From IMG/VR virus record IMGVR_UViG_3300005805_000258, positions 1-34,078 of that record: DNA of 34,078 nt; one strand, given 5' to 3'. The translations under genes and the position numbers were made by a program. Positions 26,611 to 34,078 of this stretch are shown piece after piece. Position 1 is the first letter of the stretch; every line of letters starts with the position of its first letter. A model generated the notes under the pieces. It was given only the letters and a program-made list of their open reading frames with translations. It made no database searches and had not been told where the DNA came from. The DNA is from a virus. Its lineage: Duplodnaviria > Caudoviricetes.

Positions 26611-27465
26611 TTAAACAAAGTTACTCTCGCGTAGCCACTTGGTAGCTACCCATTTCTCTCCCTGCATAACCGGTACGCTGCCATGAAGAGTACGAGTACT
26701 TGCGTGAGGTCTGTCATAACTGAAGAACAGAGCATTTCCCTTGATAGGAGATACGAGCAGATTAAGATCGGGAAACGTTGTTTCTCCTCCTAAATGAGGA
26801 GTGTTAAGATACATGATTACTGTTGCCACTCGTTGACCACCGCGCTTCAAGACTGTTGCTGATCCAGCATGAGCTGGATCAAAATAATCATAATGAGGTT
26901 TATACTCTTCGCCTGGTCCATAGTGCAGTAACTGCAACCCTTCACCATTTTCTATGGGCCAGTGGGTTAGAGCCGCTATACGAGCCTCAATTCGGGCTAC
27001 TAGTTCATTCTGAGCTCTTTGAAAGAACATTCCTCTGCTTGTTCTAGCTGAGTGAATGGCATTCCCACCAGTTTCAGGAACAAATGCTTCAGATCTAGCT
27101 AGTTGTGGAGAGGCAGCCTCTATTAGACTGTCACATTCTTCAGATGATAGAAAATTTGACAAAACAACAACTCTGGGGTTGCTCATGCTTATGATGATAG
27201 GAACCTCTCTATCAGGTAGGCGCAGTGTAGCGCACCCTGGTTGAACTATTGGTTCTGGCAATACTACAGATGATGAAGCGCTGCTTGAACGCAGATTTTG
27301 GACAGCTGCGGGATTGAGTGTTGTCTCTAGAGCACGTTGCGCTACCTCTGCAGGCCAGCCATTCTTGATCATGGATTCGAGTAGATGTTGTACGGAAAAA
27401 TTAGCTGACTGTGCTACTATCCATGTACGTAATTCTGGAGTAATTTCTGGCAATAACATATACAT
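26611..27465 (-). CDS. Prolyl 4-hydroxylase-like 2OG-Fe(II) oxygenase
   Basis: FLS.EECD.LI, RTS, EGLQLLHY..G.EYKPHYDYF, QRVATVIMYLN, GGETTFP, TLHG..PV..GEKWVATKW. The H-x-D...H triad and the 2OG-binding Lys are intact. Confidence 0.93.
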   Translation of the reverse strand: MYMLLPEITPELRTWIVAQSANFSVQHLLESMIKNGWPAEVAQRALETTLNPAAVQNLRSSSASSSVVLPEPIVQPGCATLRLPDREVPIIISMSNPRVVVLSNFLSSEECDSLIEAASPQLARSEAFVPETGGNAIHSARTSRGMFFQRAQNELVARIEARIAALTHWPIENGEGLQLLHYGPGEEYKPHYDYFDPAHAGSATVLKRGGQRVATVIMYLNTPHLGGETTFPDLNLLVSPIKGNALFFSYDRPHASTRTLHGSVPVMQGEKWVATKWLRESNFV

Positions 27466-27503
27466 TATTCCTATTAAATTTATCTACAATTATATTGTAA
27501 CCT

Positions 27504-28442
27504 CTAATTTAATCTGTGTACAATCTGCGCGTAGAGAGGTATTCCTATCAAGATATTAAATGGGAATGACAGACACAGAGTGAGGGTGTGATGGACTTGT
27601 GCTCCAATGGCAGACCCCGTATTCCTGATAACAAATGGAACTGTGGTGTAGCTGGCACCTCCCGCCAGTGCCATTAGAAGAATTGTATCACCATCGCTGA
27701 TTCCAGCTAGTTCACATGCTACCAGCACTAGTAGGCTGCAGCACACGGGAGCAGCTATTGCATAGCTCAAGAGCACTGAGCTCTTCCCTCTAAGAGCTGG
27801 AAAGCGTTCTGCAACTCTGAGGCCCATGTCTAGAAGTATGAATGCCAGCACCCACTTAAAAATATCAATTGTAAGTGGTTCAAGCCTGTGCACGCCAGCC
27901 CGATCTGTTACAAATCCAATCACTAGCCCCAACAGCAGTAGTAGGAATGTTTTGTCTGTGAAGGATTCACGAGCTACACCTTTAAGTCCACTAACTCGCC
28001 CGGTGCACCACAAGGATACCAGCGCTACAGAAATGATTATAGCTGGACCCTCTATCAAGGTCACTACTGTAGCTAGAGTTCCTGAAAATTCTGTTCCATT
28101 AAGGATTAGATATTGAAATGCCACCACAAGAGTCACTGGGCTAATTGATTCACAGACTGCCGAGGCTGCTGTGGTATGGGATCGTTCAAAAAATTTTCTA
28201 AACAGCATATAGCCTACAGAAGAAATAATCAGAGCAAGCAGACCAATCACGGCAATGAATACTGTCTGAGTATTAAAACTGCTGTTGCTCACAGACACGC
28301 CACATTTGACACCTAGTGCAACAAGTAGATAGATACCCAGGAATTTTGATATTTGAGCGGGTACCGAGACACTAGATTTGAATAATCCAACAAATATACC
28401 CAGTACAAAAAATAATACTGTTGGATCAAATAGAACATTCAT
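27504..28442 (-). CDS. sbtA: Sodium-dependent bicarbonate transport family permease (SbtA-like), diverged
   Basis: DP..LFF.LG, P..ISKFL..YLL.A.G.K.G, E.PAII, LLLL.GL.IG, F...LAF.LLDMG, ASY..VP and FPFNILIGIPLY; about 10 TM segments. Confidence 0.85.
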   Translation of the reverse strand: MNVLFDPTVLFFVLGIFVGLFKSSVSVPAQISKFLGIYLLVALGVKCGVSVSNSSFNTQTVFIAVIGLLALIISSVGYMLFRKFFERSHTTAASAVCESISPVTLVVAFQYLILNGTEFSGTLATVVTLIEGPAIIISVALVSLWCTGRVSGLKGVARESFTDKTFLLLLLGLVIGFVTDRAGVHRLEPLTIDIFKWVLAFILLDMGLRVAERFPALRGKSSVLLSYAIAAPVCCSLLVLVACELAGISDGDTILLMALAGGASYTTVPFVIRNTGSAIGAQVHHTLTLCLSFPFNILIGIPLYAQIVHRLN

Positions 28443-28519
28443 ACGGCCCCCACGCTTAACTTTTAAATGCGGAGTAAGATGGACTCTTAAGTGCTCTACT
28501 AGAAAGATTAACCGCTGTG

Positions 28520-29605
28520 TTAGGAGATGAATACATCATTTATCTGACGATTCACTCGAATGAAAGATGTGCACTTGCTGAGGTGCTTCAAACTTGAGGC
28601 ACCCACATATGTACAGGTGCTGCGTAGTCCACCTAGGATATCTAATACCGTGGCATCAACACTGCCCCTATATGGGACACGAACGGTTCTACCCTCACTG
28701 CTTCTATAGCTAGCAACCCCGCCGTGATGCTTGCGCATTGCGGTGTCTGAGCTCATACCATAAAATTCTACAAATTGTTTAACATCATAGACTTTTTTAG
28801 ATAGATCACCGGGGGAAACAAATTTATTTGTTTCACTTACCTCTTCTACGACTTCGCCTCCTCCTTCATCATGCCCAGCGAGCATGCCTCCCAGCATCAC
28901 AAAGTCCGCACCAGCACCAAAAGCTTTAGCAACATCACCAGGACATATACATCCACCGTCAGCAATAATATGTCCACCAAGACCGTGAGCCACATCGGCG
29001 CATTCAATAATAGCACTAAGTTGTGGGTAGCCCACACCAGTTTGAATACGAGTAGTACAAACGCTACCAGGCCCAATACCAACTTTAACAATATCTGCTC
29101 CACGTAAAATTAACTCCTGTGTCATGTCTGCGGTAACAACATTACCCGCAATTATAGTATGCTGAGGGAACGCTTTTCTAACTTCTTCAACAAAATCACC
29201 AAAATGTTCTGAATACCCATTAGCAATGTCTATGCAGATGAAATTTATTTCTGGACATGCATTTAAGATACTGCTTAAACGTACTAGATCTTTTTCACTA
29301 GTTCCAGTGCTGACAGCAAAGTTGTCAGCACTCGTATTTTCAATTACAGCGGGTAATTTCTCCGCATCGATATTTTTAACCAGGCACGTAAACATTTGAT
29401 GTTTAGCCAGTGCAGTAGCCATCTCTAGCGTTCCAACACCATCCATGTTGGATGCCATGATAGGAACACCTTTCCACTCCAAACCACTGTGTCTGAAATT
29501 ATAGGTGCGTATTAGATCAACTTCTTTTCTGCTTGACAGGGTACTTCTTTTAGGACGAATTAGGACATCTTTGAAATCAAGTTTAATATCTTCTTCAATT
29601 CGCAT
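28520..29605 (-). CDS. guaC: GMP reductase
   Basis: [79 protein letters not shown]. Confidence 0.96.
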   Translation of the reverse strand: MRIEEDIKLDFKDVLIRPKRSTLSSRKEVDLIRTYNFRHSGLEWKGVPIMASNMDGVGTLEMATALAKHQMFTCLVKNIDAEKLPAVIENTSADNFAVSTGTSEKDLVRLSSILNACPEINFICIDIANGYSEHFGDFVEEVRKAFPQHTIIAGNVVTADMTQELILRGADIVKVGIGPGSVCTTRIQTGVGYPQLSAIIECADVAHGLGGHIIADGGCICPGDVAKAFGAGADFVMLGGMLAGHDEGGGEVVEEVSETNKFVSPGDLSKKVYDVKQFVEFYGMSSDTAMRKHHGGVASYRSSEGRTVRVPYRGSVDATVLDILGGLRSTCTYVGASSLKHLSKCTSFIRVNRQINDVFIS

Positions 29606-29641
29606 GTATTGTCCTCACATGTTATTTTATATTCATATGTA

Positions 29642-29671
29642 ATAATAACACGCGTGGGTTGTGTTGTAAAC
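29642..29671 (-). promoter_or_regulatory. Early sigma70-type promoter for the guaC-sbtA-P4H-UDG run
   Basis: Minus strand reads GTTTACA, 17 nt ending in TGT, then TATTAT. This matches a T4 early-type -35 GTTTAC and an extended -10. Confidence 0.75.
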
Positions 29672-29677
29672 TGCGAT

Positions 29678-30313
29678 TTAGAAATAATCAGAGAACCACT
29701 GTTGCCATGTTCCAGGGAATTTGGATGGTTGGTAGAACCAACGGGATCCATTGGTTTCACTTATGGAGACATTCAGCTTTATTTGATAGAGGTCACCTAC
29801 CAAAAGTGGTGATATTACTGTAATAAAGTGCGGGCCAGCTGGGAAAAGAACAAGCGTACCTCTCTGTGGCATGAGGCTGAAATTATATGCAGGAAATTCT
29901 AACTTTCCACCGAAGACTTCGAAACGTGGATCGATTGGAACCTGTTGGTTGAAGTCCTTTAACCAAACAAAACCGACAAGATCAACATCCTTGTGCATTA
30001 CCCATTTTTTACGCACATATTTGGAATTTTCACAGCCAGGCGCCTCTGCAGGTTCCTTAGCATTTTCAGGATAGTACTGAAACAGTGGCTTGTGAAGACC
30101 TTTGTACGCGCACGAATAGGTTGATTCAATATTAGGAATGAGGGGTCTAAAATTCTCTATGAGAGACTGTTCCCAGAAAAGATGGTGCCTTTCAAGTTTC
30201 TTAGGATTACCATCCGCGTCACGATCTGGTTCTAGAACCTTGGTGTCCTCTATAATTTTTTCACAAGTAAGGGGTGAAATAAAATCCTGCACCACAATAA
30301 AAGGGCTTACCAT
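29678..30313 (-). CDS. 2OG-Fe(II) oxygenase-fold protein with non-canonical ligand motifs
   Basis: VQDFISP..C, FQYY, GGKLEFP and P.RGTLVLFP are present, but the HxD site reads GCEN and the distal H..V.PV..G.R reads FITVISPLLVGDL. Confidence 0.7.
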   Translation of the reverse strand: MVSPFIVVQDFISPLTCEKIIEDTKVLEPDRDADGNPKKLERHHLFWEQSLIENFRPLIPNIESTYSCAYKGLHKPLFQYYPENAKEPAEAPGCENSKYVRKKWVMHKDVDLVGFVWLKDFNQQVPIDPRFEVFGGKLEFPAYNFSLMPQRGTLVLFPAGPHFITVISPLLVGDLYQIKLNVSISETNGSRWFYQPSKFPGTWQQWFSDYF

Positions 30314-30332
30314 ATAGGCCTCTCAAGATAGA

Positions 30333-30980
30333 TTATCTTAGTTTAATAGAATTCTTAGTATTTATTTGGGAATTCAGTGTGTTTTCTACCAACGCTATAT
30401 CCTTGCTTATATCACTTATATCTTTAGACAGCTCCTTGTGATAGCTTCTGAACTCAGGCACCGCAGCTCTCGCAAATTCATCGATCTTATCCAGCTGAGA
30501 GGTAATCTTTGAGAGAATATCTTGAACCTGATGAAGAGTCGTTTTTAGATTAGAGGTAACTGTATCTCCTTCAGACTCCTGATGTTTGAGCTCATCTTTA
30601 ATCACATCAATATCACGGGCTAGCTGATCTGCTAGATCTTGAAGATCTCTCTTTAGCATTAAAATTTCAGTGGCGTTTGAACGCATCGCATCCAAATTAG
30701 ACATTGAGTGATGCTTCAGTTCATCTAATTTTTCCACAAGCGCGTCAAAGGCCTGCTTGTGATCTTCTTTTGTTGGTACGTCATCTAATTTTTCACTAAA
30801 TTCTTTTATATGCATATCCATACCACCGGAGAACAGCCCACCACCATTGGCAATCATCATCTTTAAAGCCAGACGCATTACAACAAATACGATCCCCATG
30901 ATCACTATAGATACGAATACGAATTCAACAGGAGAGACCGTAGAATATAGATCCTTTAATAATTTTAGGATTAAATCCAT
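30333..30980 (-). CDS. Membrane-anchored coiled-coil protein
   Basis: Hydrophobic segment at about residues 18-40, then a long heptad-rich region. Confidence 0.7.
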   Translation of the reverse strand: MDLILKLLKDLYSTVSPVEFVFVSIVIMGIVFVVMRLALKMMIANGGGLFSGGMDMHIKEFSEKLDDVPTKEDHKQAFDALVEKLDELKHHSMSNLDAMRSNATEILMLKRDLQDLADQLARDIDVIKDELKHQESEGDTVTSNLKTTLHQVQDILSKITSQLDKIDEFARAAVPEFRSYHKELSKDISDISKDIALVENTLNSQINTKNSIKLR

Positions 30981-31023
30981 GGAACTTCACTCACTTTCTA
31001 AATAGGTTAGAAGATTTTCGAGA

Positions 31024-31770
31024 CTAGACCGCTTCTAATTCTGATGAGTGTTCTGGTACAATGATTATATTATGATCGGCCATGTACTGCTGAACTTGTT
31101 CAACAATATCAACGTTGCCATAATTTTTTAGTATGAAAATGCGTTTTTCGGTTAATTTATAAAAATAGTCAGCTCTGCTTAGCAGTGGCACCATACCCCA
31201 TCCGTGTGAATTAATGGTGTGGCAAAAGTCTGAGCATGAAAGAAATTCTGGAGTCTGTTTTGTTATAACGTTATTGTTAAATTCGTGCATGCACGCCAGC
31301 AAATGCTGTAGATAATTTGAAATCTGACTAACAACACGTTCATATGCTCTGTTAGGATTATTTTTTAGAGCCGCATTAAATTCTGCAAGCAATGCCGCTA
31401 AGGCGTACTCATGAATCAGCTTTGAGTATGCTGAAACTTGTGGAGTGAATATGTCTATATTATGATCTACAATTTTTTCTGTTTCTTCTAGTGTTTCTTT
31501 GAATGATTCAAGAATAGACTTTCTAAGCTCACTGGACAGTCTTTTATTATCTGCAGCTATGAAAATTTTCTCTATTGAAAGTATCCAGTGCGAAAATTTA
31601 TCAAATTCTAACAGCACTATCTCTTTTGCTGATTCATCAAATTTTAATTCTTTTCTTGATAGCTGAACAAATGTTTCAGCCTGTGCTGCTTTAAACTGAG
31701 ATATGGCAGTAGCGGACGCTATTCTAAAAACAAGATTATTTTTATGATAGCCTGGCATGTTAAGCTCCAC
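31024..31770 (-). CDS. Hypothetical helical protein
   Basis: 248-aa ORF packed in the operon, overlapping the upstream stop. Confidence 0.65.
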   Translation of the reverse strand: MELNMPGYHKNNLVFRIASATAISQFKAAQAETFVQLSRKELKFDESAKEIVLLEFDKFSHWILSIEKIFIAADNKRLSSELRKSILESFKETLEETEKIVDHNIDIFTPQVSAYSKLIHEYALAALLAEFNAALKNNPNRAYERVVSQISNYLQHLLACMHEFNNNVITKQTPEFLSCSDFCHTINSHGWGMVPLLSRADYFYKLTEKRIFILKNYGNVDIVEQVQQYMADHNIIIVPEHSSELEAV

Positions 31771-32425
31771 TAACCGGAATGACGTCAGCTCCTATGTGCA
31801 GACATTCTTCATCTTGCTCAGAAGGGCAAGGTACAAGGGTTAGTAGCATATTAACAGCTTCATCGAAGCCGGGAAGAATTACTGCACAGCAGATTGTATT
31901 TGGACCTACTGCGTGGTTAGGATTACAGATTCCTGGTTGCTGTACAGCTAATGGTCTGACTTTAGGGTGTCTGTAAATAAAATCGCCATATGAGAATGTA
32001 ATGTTCTCGGGCTCTGTGAAAATTTTCTTAACGTACAGACATGAATTTTCCAGACTCGCGTCGATTAGGCAGGGAATATCATTAACAGAGCTGATGCTTA
32101 ATATCTTAGCATTCAACATTTGAGGAGCTGGGGTGTCCATTAGCTCACATGACTGATCACATGCAGAGTGATCATGAGAATCAGGAACAACAACAACGGC
32201 ATCCAAAGGAACTGGTTCTGACATTTCACATGAGTCGGCGGTTTCGGGAACATCATTTGCTGAGTTCAAACCAGTGGCCGATTTCTTGGCTACCATGGTG
32301 ATAACATCACCATCAGTATTTTTATATTGAAGTGCAATTCCACGTGACACTAGCATTTCATGCAGAGCGAATTCAAATTCTTTGCCAGCTTCTTCAAATT
32401 GTGCCGTTAATACTATGGTAATCAC
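31760..32425 (-). CDS. Hypothetical protein
   Basis: 221-aa ORF with GTG start; acidic, Cys/His-rich linker. Confidence 0.6.
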   Translation of the reverse strand: MITIVLTAQFEEAGKEFEFALHEMLVSRGIALQYKNTDGDVITMVAKKSATGLNSANDVPETADSCEMSEPVPLDAVVVVPDSHDHSACDQSCELMDTPAPQMLNAKILSISSVNDIPCLIDASLENSCLYVKKIFTEPENITFSYGDFIYRHPKVRPLAVQQPGICNPNHAVGPNTICCAVILPGFDEAVNMLLTLVPCPSEQDEECLHIGADVIPVSGA

Positions 32426-32484
32426 TATAGCTTCCTTTTCTTATATTGATATACAAACTGTAGATCAACTACAAACTACCTTTC

Positions 32485-32694
32485 TTATTTACTTGATTGT
32501 TCTGATTTTTTAAGCAAAGCGGCAACTTGATTGTTCTTCTTGTTAAATTGCAGAACCATGTCCAAATTATTGTTATCCAGGAATGCACATACGAAGTTCT
32601 CAATTTCTTCTTGCTTGATGTTAGTCTTGTGGCGATGCTTGATCCAAAACTGTAATTCTGCTGCCAGCGCTCTAGTATTTTCTGATGAAGCCAT
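32485..32694 (-). CDS. Small hypothetical protein
   Basis: AAGGA SD; directly follows the exonuclease stop. Confidence 0.6.
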   Translation of the reverse strand: MASSENTRALAAELQFWIKHRHKTNIKQEEIENFVCAFLDNNNLDMVLQFNKKNNQVAALLKKSEQSSK

Positions 32695-32706
32695 TGTTAT
32701 TCCTTA

Positions 32707-33375
32707 TTATTGATTCAAAAAGGTAGCGTAAAACTGAGAAACTCTGCCCTTCAGTTGCTGCTCAAAATCTTTTAGATTGATTCTAAACTCTTGTGGAAAA
32801 GATTTAGCTGATACCATTATAATCACTCCACGAGAAATATCCGTTCCATACATTTCATTGAACATGATACCATATGCGGTGAGCTGTAAGTAATAATCCT
32901 GAATGTCTTTAGACTTTTTAAGTTTAGATGATGTTTTGAAATCTATAATAGCAGGCATTCCTCTATGGATTCCAATACAATCACATCGCCCTGCCACTCC
33001 TAGTTCATGGGAATAGAGTGCGGCCTCCTGAGCCCATACTTCATCTATGTAAGAGAGCTGAGCTTTTATGGCATTGAATGACATAATTTGATCTCTAGAA
33101 TAGTGGCCACTGTCCGCAGCAGACTTGTCTCCATTCAAGTATTTTTCAATAATTTCATGAACTTCTGTGCCATTAGTAGCTGCCTCTAGGCCAATTCTAT
33201 CAGCCTCAGCGTGCCCAATTGAATCTCTCCATGACTCGAGAGATTTTTTCTTTTCTTCAGGCACTGTGCTGCCAAGCACAGTGGTGATGGATGGATAATA
33301 GACCCCGTCGGAGACATTATACAGTCTCATTCCATGTGCGCTAATCGTGGATATATCTCGTAAAATATACTTCAT
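32707..33375 (-). CDS. PD-(D/E)XK exonuclease (Cas4/RecB-like phage exonuclease)
   Basis: YPSITTVL, L..WR, G..VH..IE.YL, E, AGRCD, IIDFKTS and Y.LQL.AY. Confidence 0.9.
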   Translation of the reverse strand: MKYILRDISTISAHGMRLYNVSDGVYYPSITTVLGSTVPEEKKKSLESWRDSIGHAEADRIGLEAATNGTEVHEIIEKYLNGDKSAADSGHYSRDQIMSFNAIKAQLSYIDEVWAQEAALYSHELGVAGRCDCIGIHRGMPAIIDFKTSSKLKKSKDIQDYYLQLTAYGIMFNEMYGTDISRGVIIMVSAKSFPQEFRINLKDFEQQLKGRVSQFYATFLNQ

Positions 33376-33418
33376 GTGATGAAATTTTTAGTGCATATGA
33401 TTATGATTATAATACAAC

Positions 33419-33446
33419 ATAGGATCCACTAGGGATCCTATTTTTT
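33419..33446. terminator. Hairpin/terminator between two minus-strand genes
   Basis: ATAGGATCC-ACTAG-GGATCCTAT. The T6 tail is on the + strand; the - strand has only a weaker GTTGTATT tail. Confidence 0.65.
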
Positions 33447-34068
33447 AGTCTATGAGTTTTAACTTTAATTTTGCCACTTCATCTGCTGGTAGATGCGCTA
33501 AAACCTGCGCATTTTCCCTGATCTCGTAACTTCCATCATGCATCCTGTGGAATGCGAACCTCTTACCAGATTTATTTAGCACGGAGCAATCATGGTCAAG
33601 GTGAATGGCATGAAACAATTTTTGAGCTTCATCTTCATGCAGCTTGAGCGCCACATCATTTCCAAGATTTACTGTGACAAATTTTACATCAGACGCAGCC
33701 GCCACAGAAGATTCTTGCACCCCGACTTTTGCTAGACTCAACTTTGAATTCAATTGGGTCATGAGTCTCATTAGCTGTGAATTTGCGGAGATCCTTGTGA
33801 GCGCTCTGTGACTGTTTGGCATAATGAGCTGTGCTGCTATGGATTTTTGTTTATTTGGGTCAAGTCCAATGTGACTCATGAGAGTTATGATTTGGCTCAT
33901 GGCTTCCTCAACTCTTGCATCTGTTCCACGTGGAACATTAACGATTTCTTCATCCTGTTCTGTTATCTTTCCAAGTTGATCAGGAGTTGGAGGTTCCATC
34001 AAATGACTGGTTTTACCACCCACACCTAAAATACTGGCGATACCATTCAGCGCTCTCCGTACACTCAT
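33445..34068 (-). CDS. Hypothetical protein, possibly 5' truncated; possible internal head protein
   Basis: The frame stays open to the window end. It contains LME, ITE and VQE sites resembling prohead protease sites. Confidence 0.6.
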   Translation of the reverse strand: MSVRRALNGIASILGVGGKTSHLMEPPTPDQLGKITEQDEEIVNVPRGTDARVEEAMSQIITLMSHIGLDPNKQKSIAAQLIMPNSHRALTRISANSQLMRLMTQLNSKLSLAKVGVQESSVAAASDVKFVTVNLGNDVALKLHEDEAQKLFHAIHLDHDCSVLNKSGKRFAFHRMHDGSYEIRENAQVLAHLPADEVAKLKLKLID

Positions 34069-34078
34069 ATCTGTCAGA

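Noticed and set aside
32707-33375. CRISPR-associated Cas4 or a CRISPR system
   Set aside because: No repeat-spacer array or other cas genes, and no C-terminal Fe-S cysteine cluster. It fits the standalone phage exonuclease.
128-34029. Numerous short antisense or alternate-frame ORFs in the supplied track (e.g. 128-439, 2315-2704, 7779-8300, 22394-22822, 28871-29107)
   Set aside because: They overlap well-supported genes, lack SD sequences or recognisable motifs, and are best explained as shadow ORFs.
1-34078. tRNA, rRNA, intron or IS elements
   Set aside because: Intergenic gaps are short, and I saw no cloverleaf/T-loop signature, split conserved gene or transposase. A covariance-model search would be needed to exclude small RNAs.

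Overview
Structural and morphogenesis region of a large T4-like (gp23-type capsid) myophage with a Gram-negative host; its host-like genes look betaproteobacterial (inference). It uses the standard genetic code. The + strand late arm (1-26099) carries small acidic head/core proteins, scaffold (gp22-like), major capsid (gp23-like), a decayed Hef-like homing endonuclease and a cytidylyltransferase. It continues with enlarged neck proteins (gp13-like and gp14-like), two Gly-rich fibres, a paralogous structural pair and a 1376-aa adhesin-like protein. It ends with a GT2-TPR glycosyltransferase, i- and o-spanins, an Ig-M23-lytic transglycosylase lysin and a late-promoter-driven MotA/TolQ/ExbB + MotB/ExbD-like + membrane protein cassette. 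The - strand arm (26117-34078) carries a UDG-like protein, prolyl 4-hydroxylase, a diverged SbtA-like bicarbonate transporter, GMP reductase, a 2OG-Fe(II)-fold protein with altered ligands, hypothetical proteins and a PD-(D/E)XK exonuclease. The best leads are the phage ion-motor-like cassette next to a holin-less lysis module, the motif-altered SbtA, a shared RKLAG motif that may be a capsid-packaging tag, an inverted repeat centred on a late promoter, and possible fibre glycosylation. All calls come from motif recognition by eye; no database searches were run.
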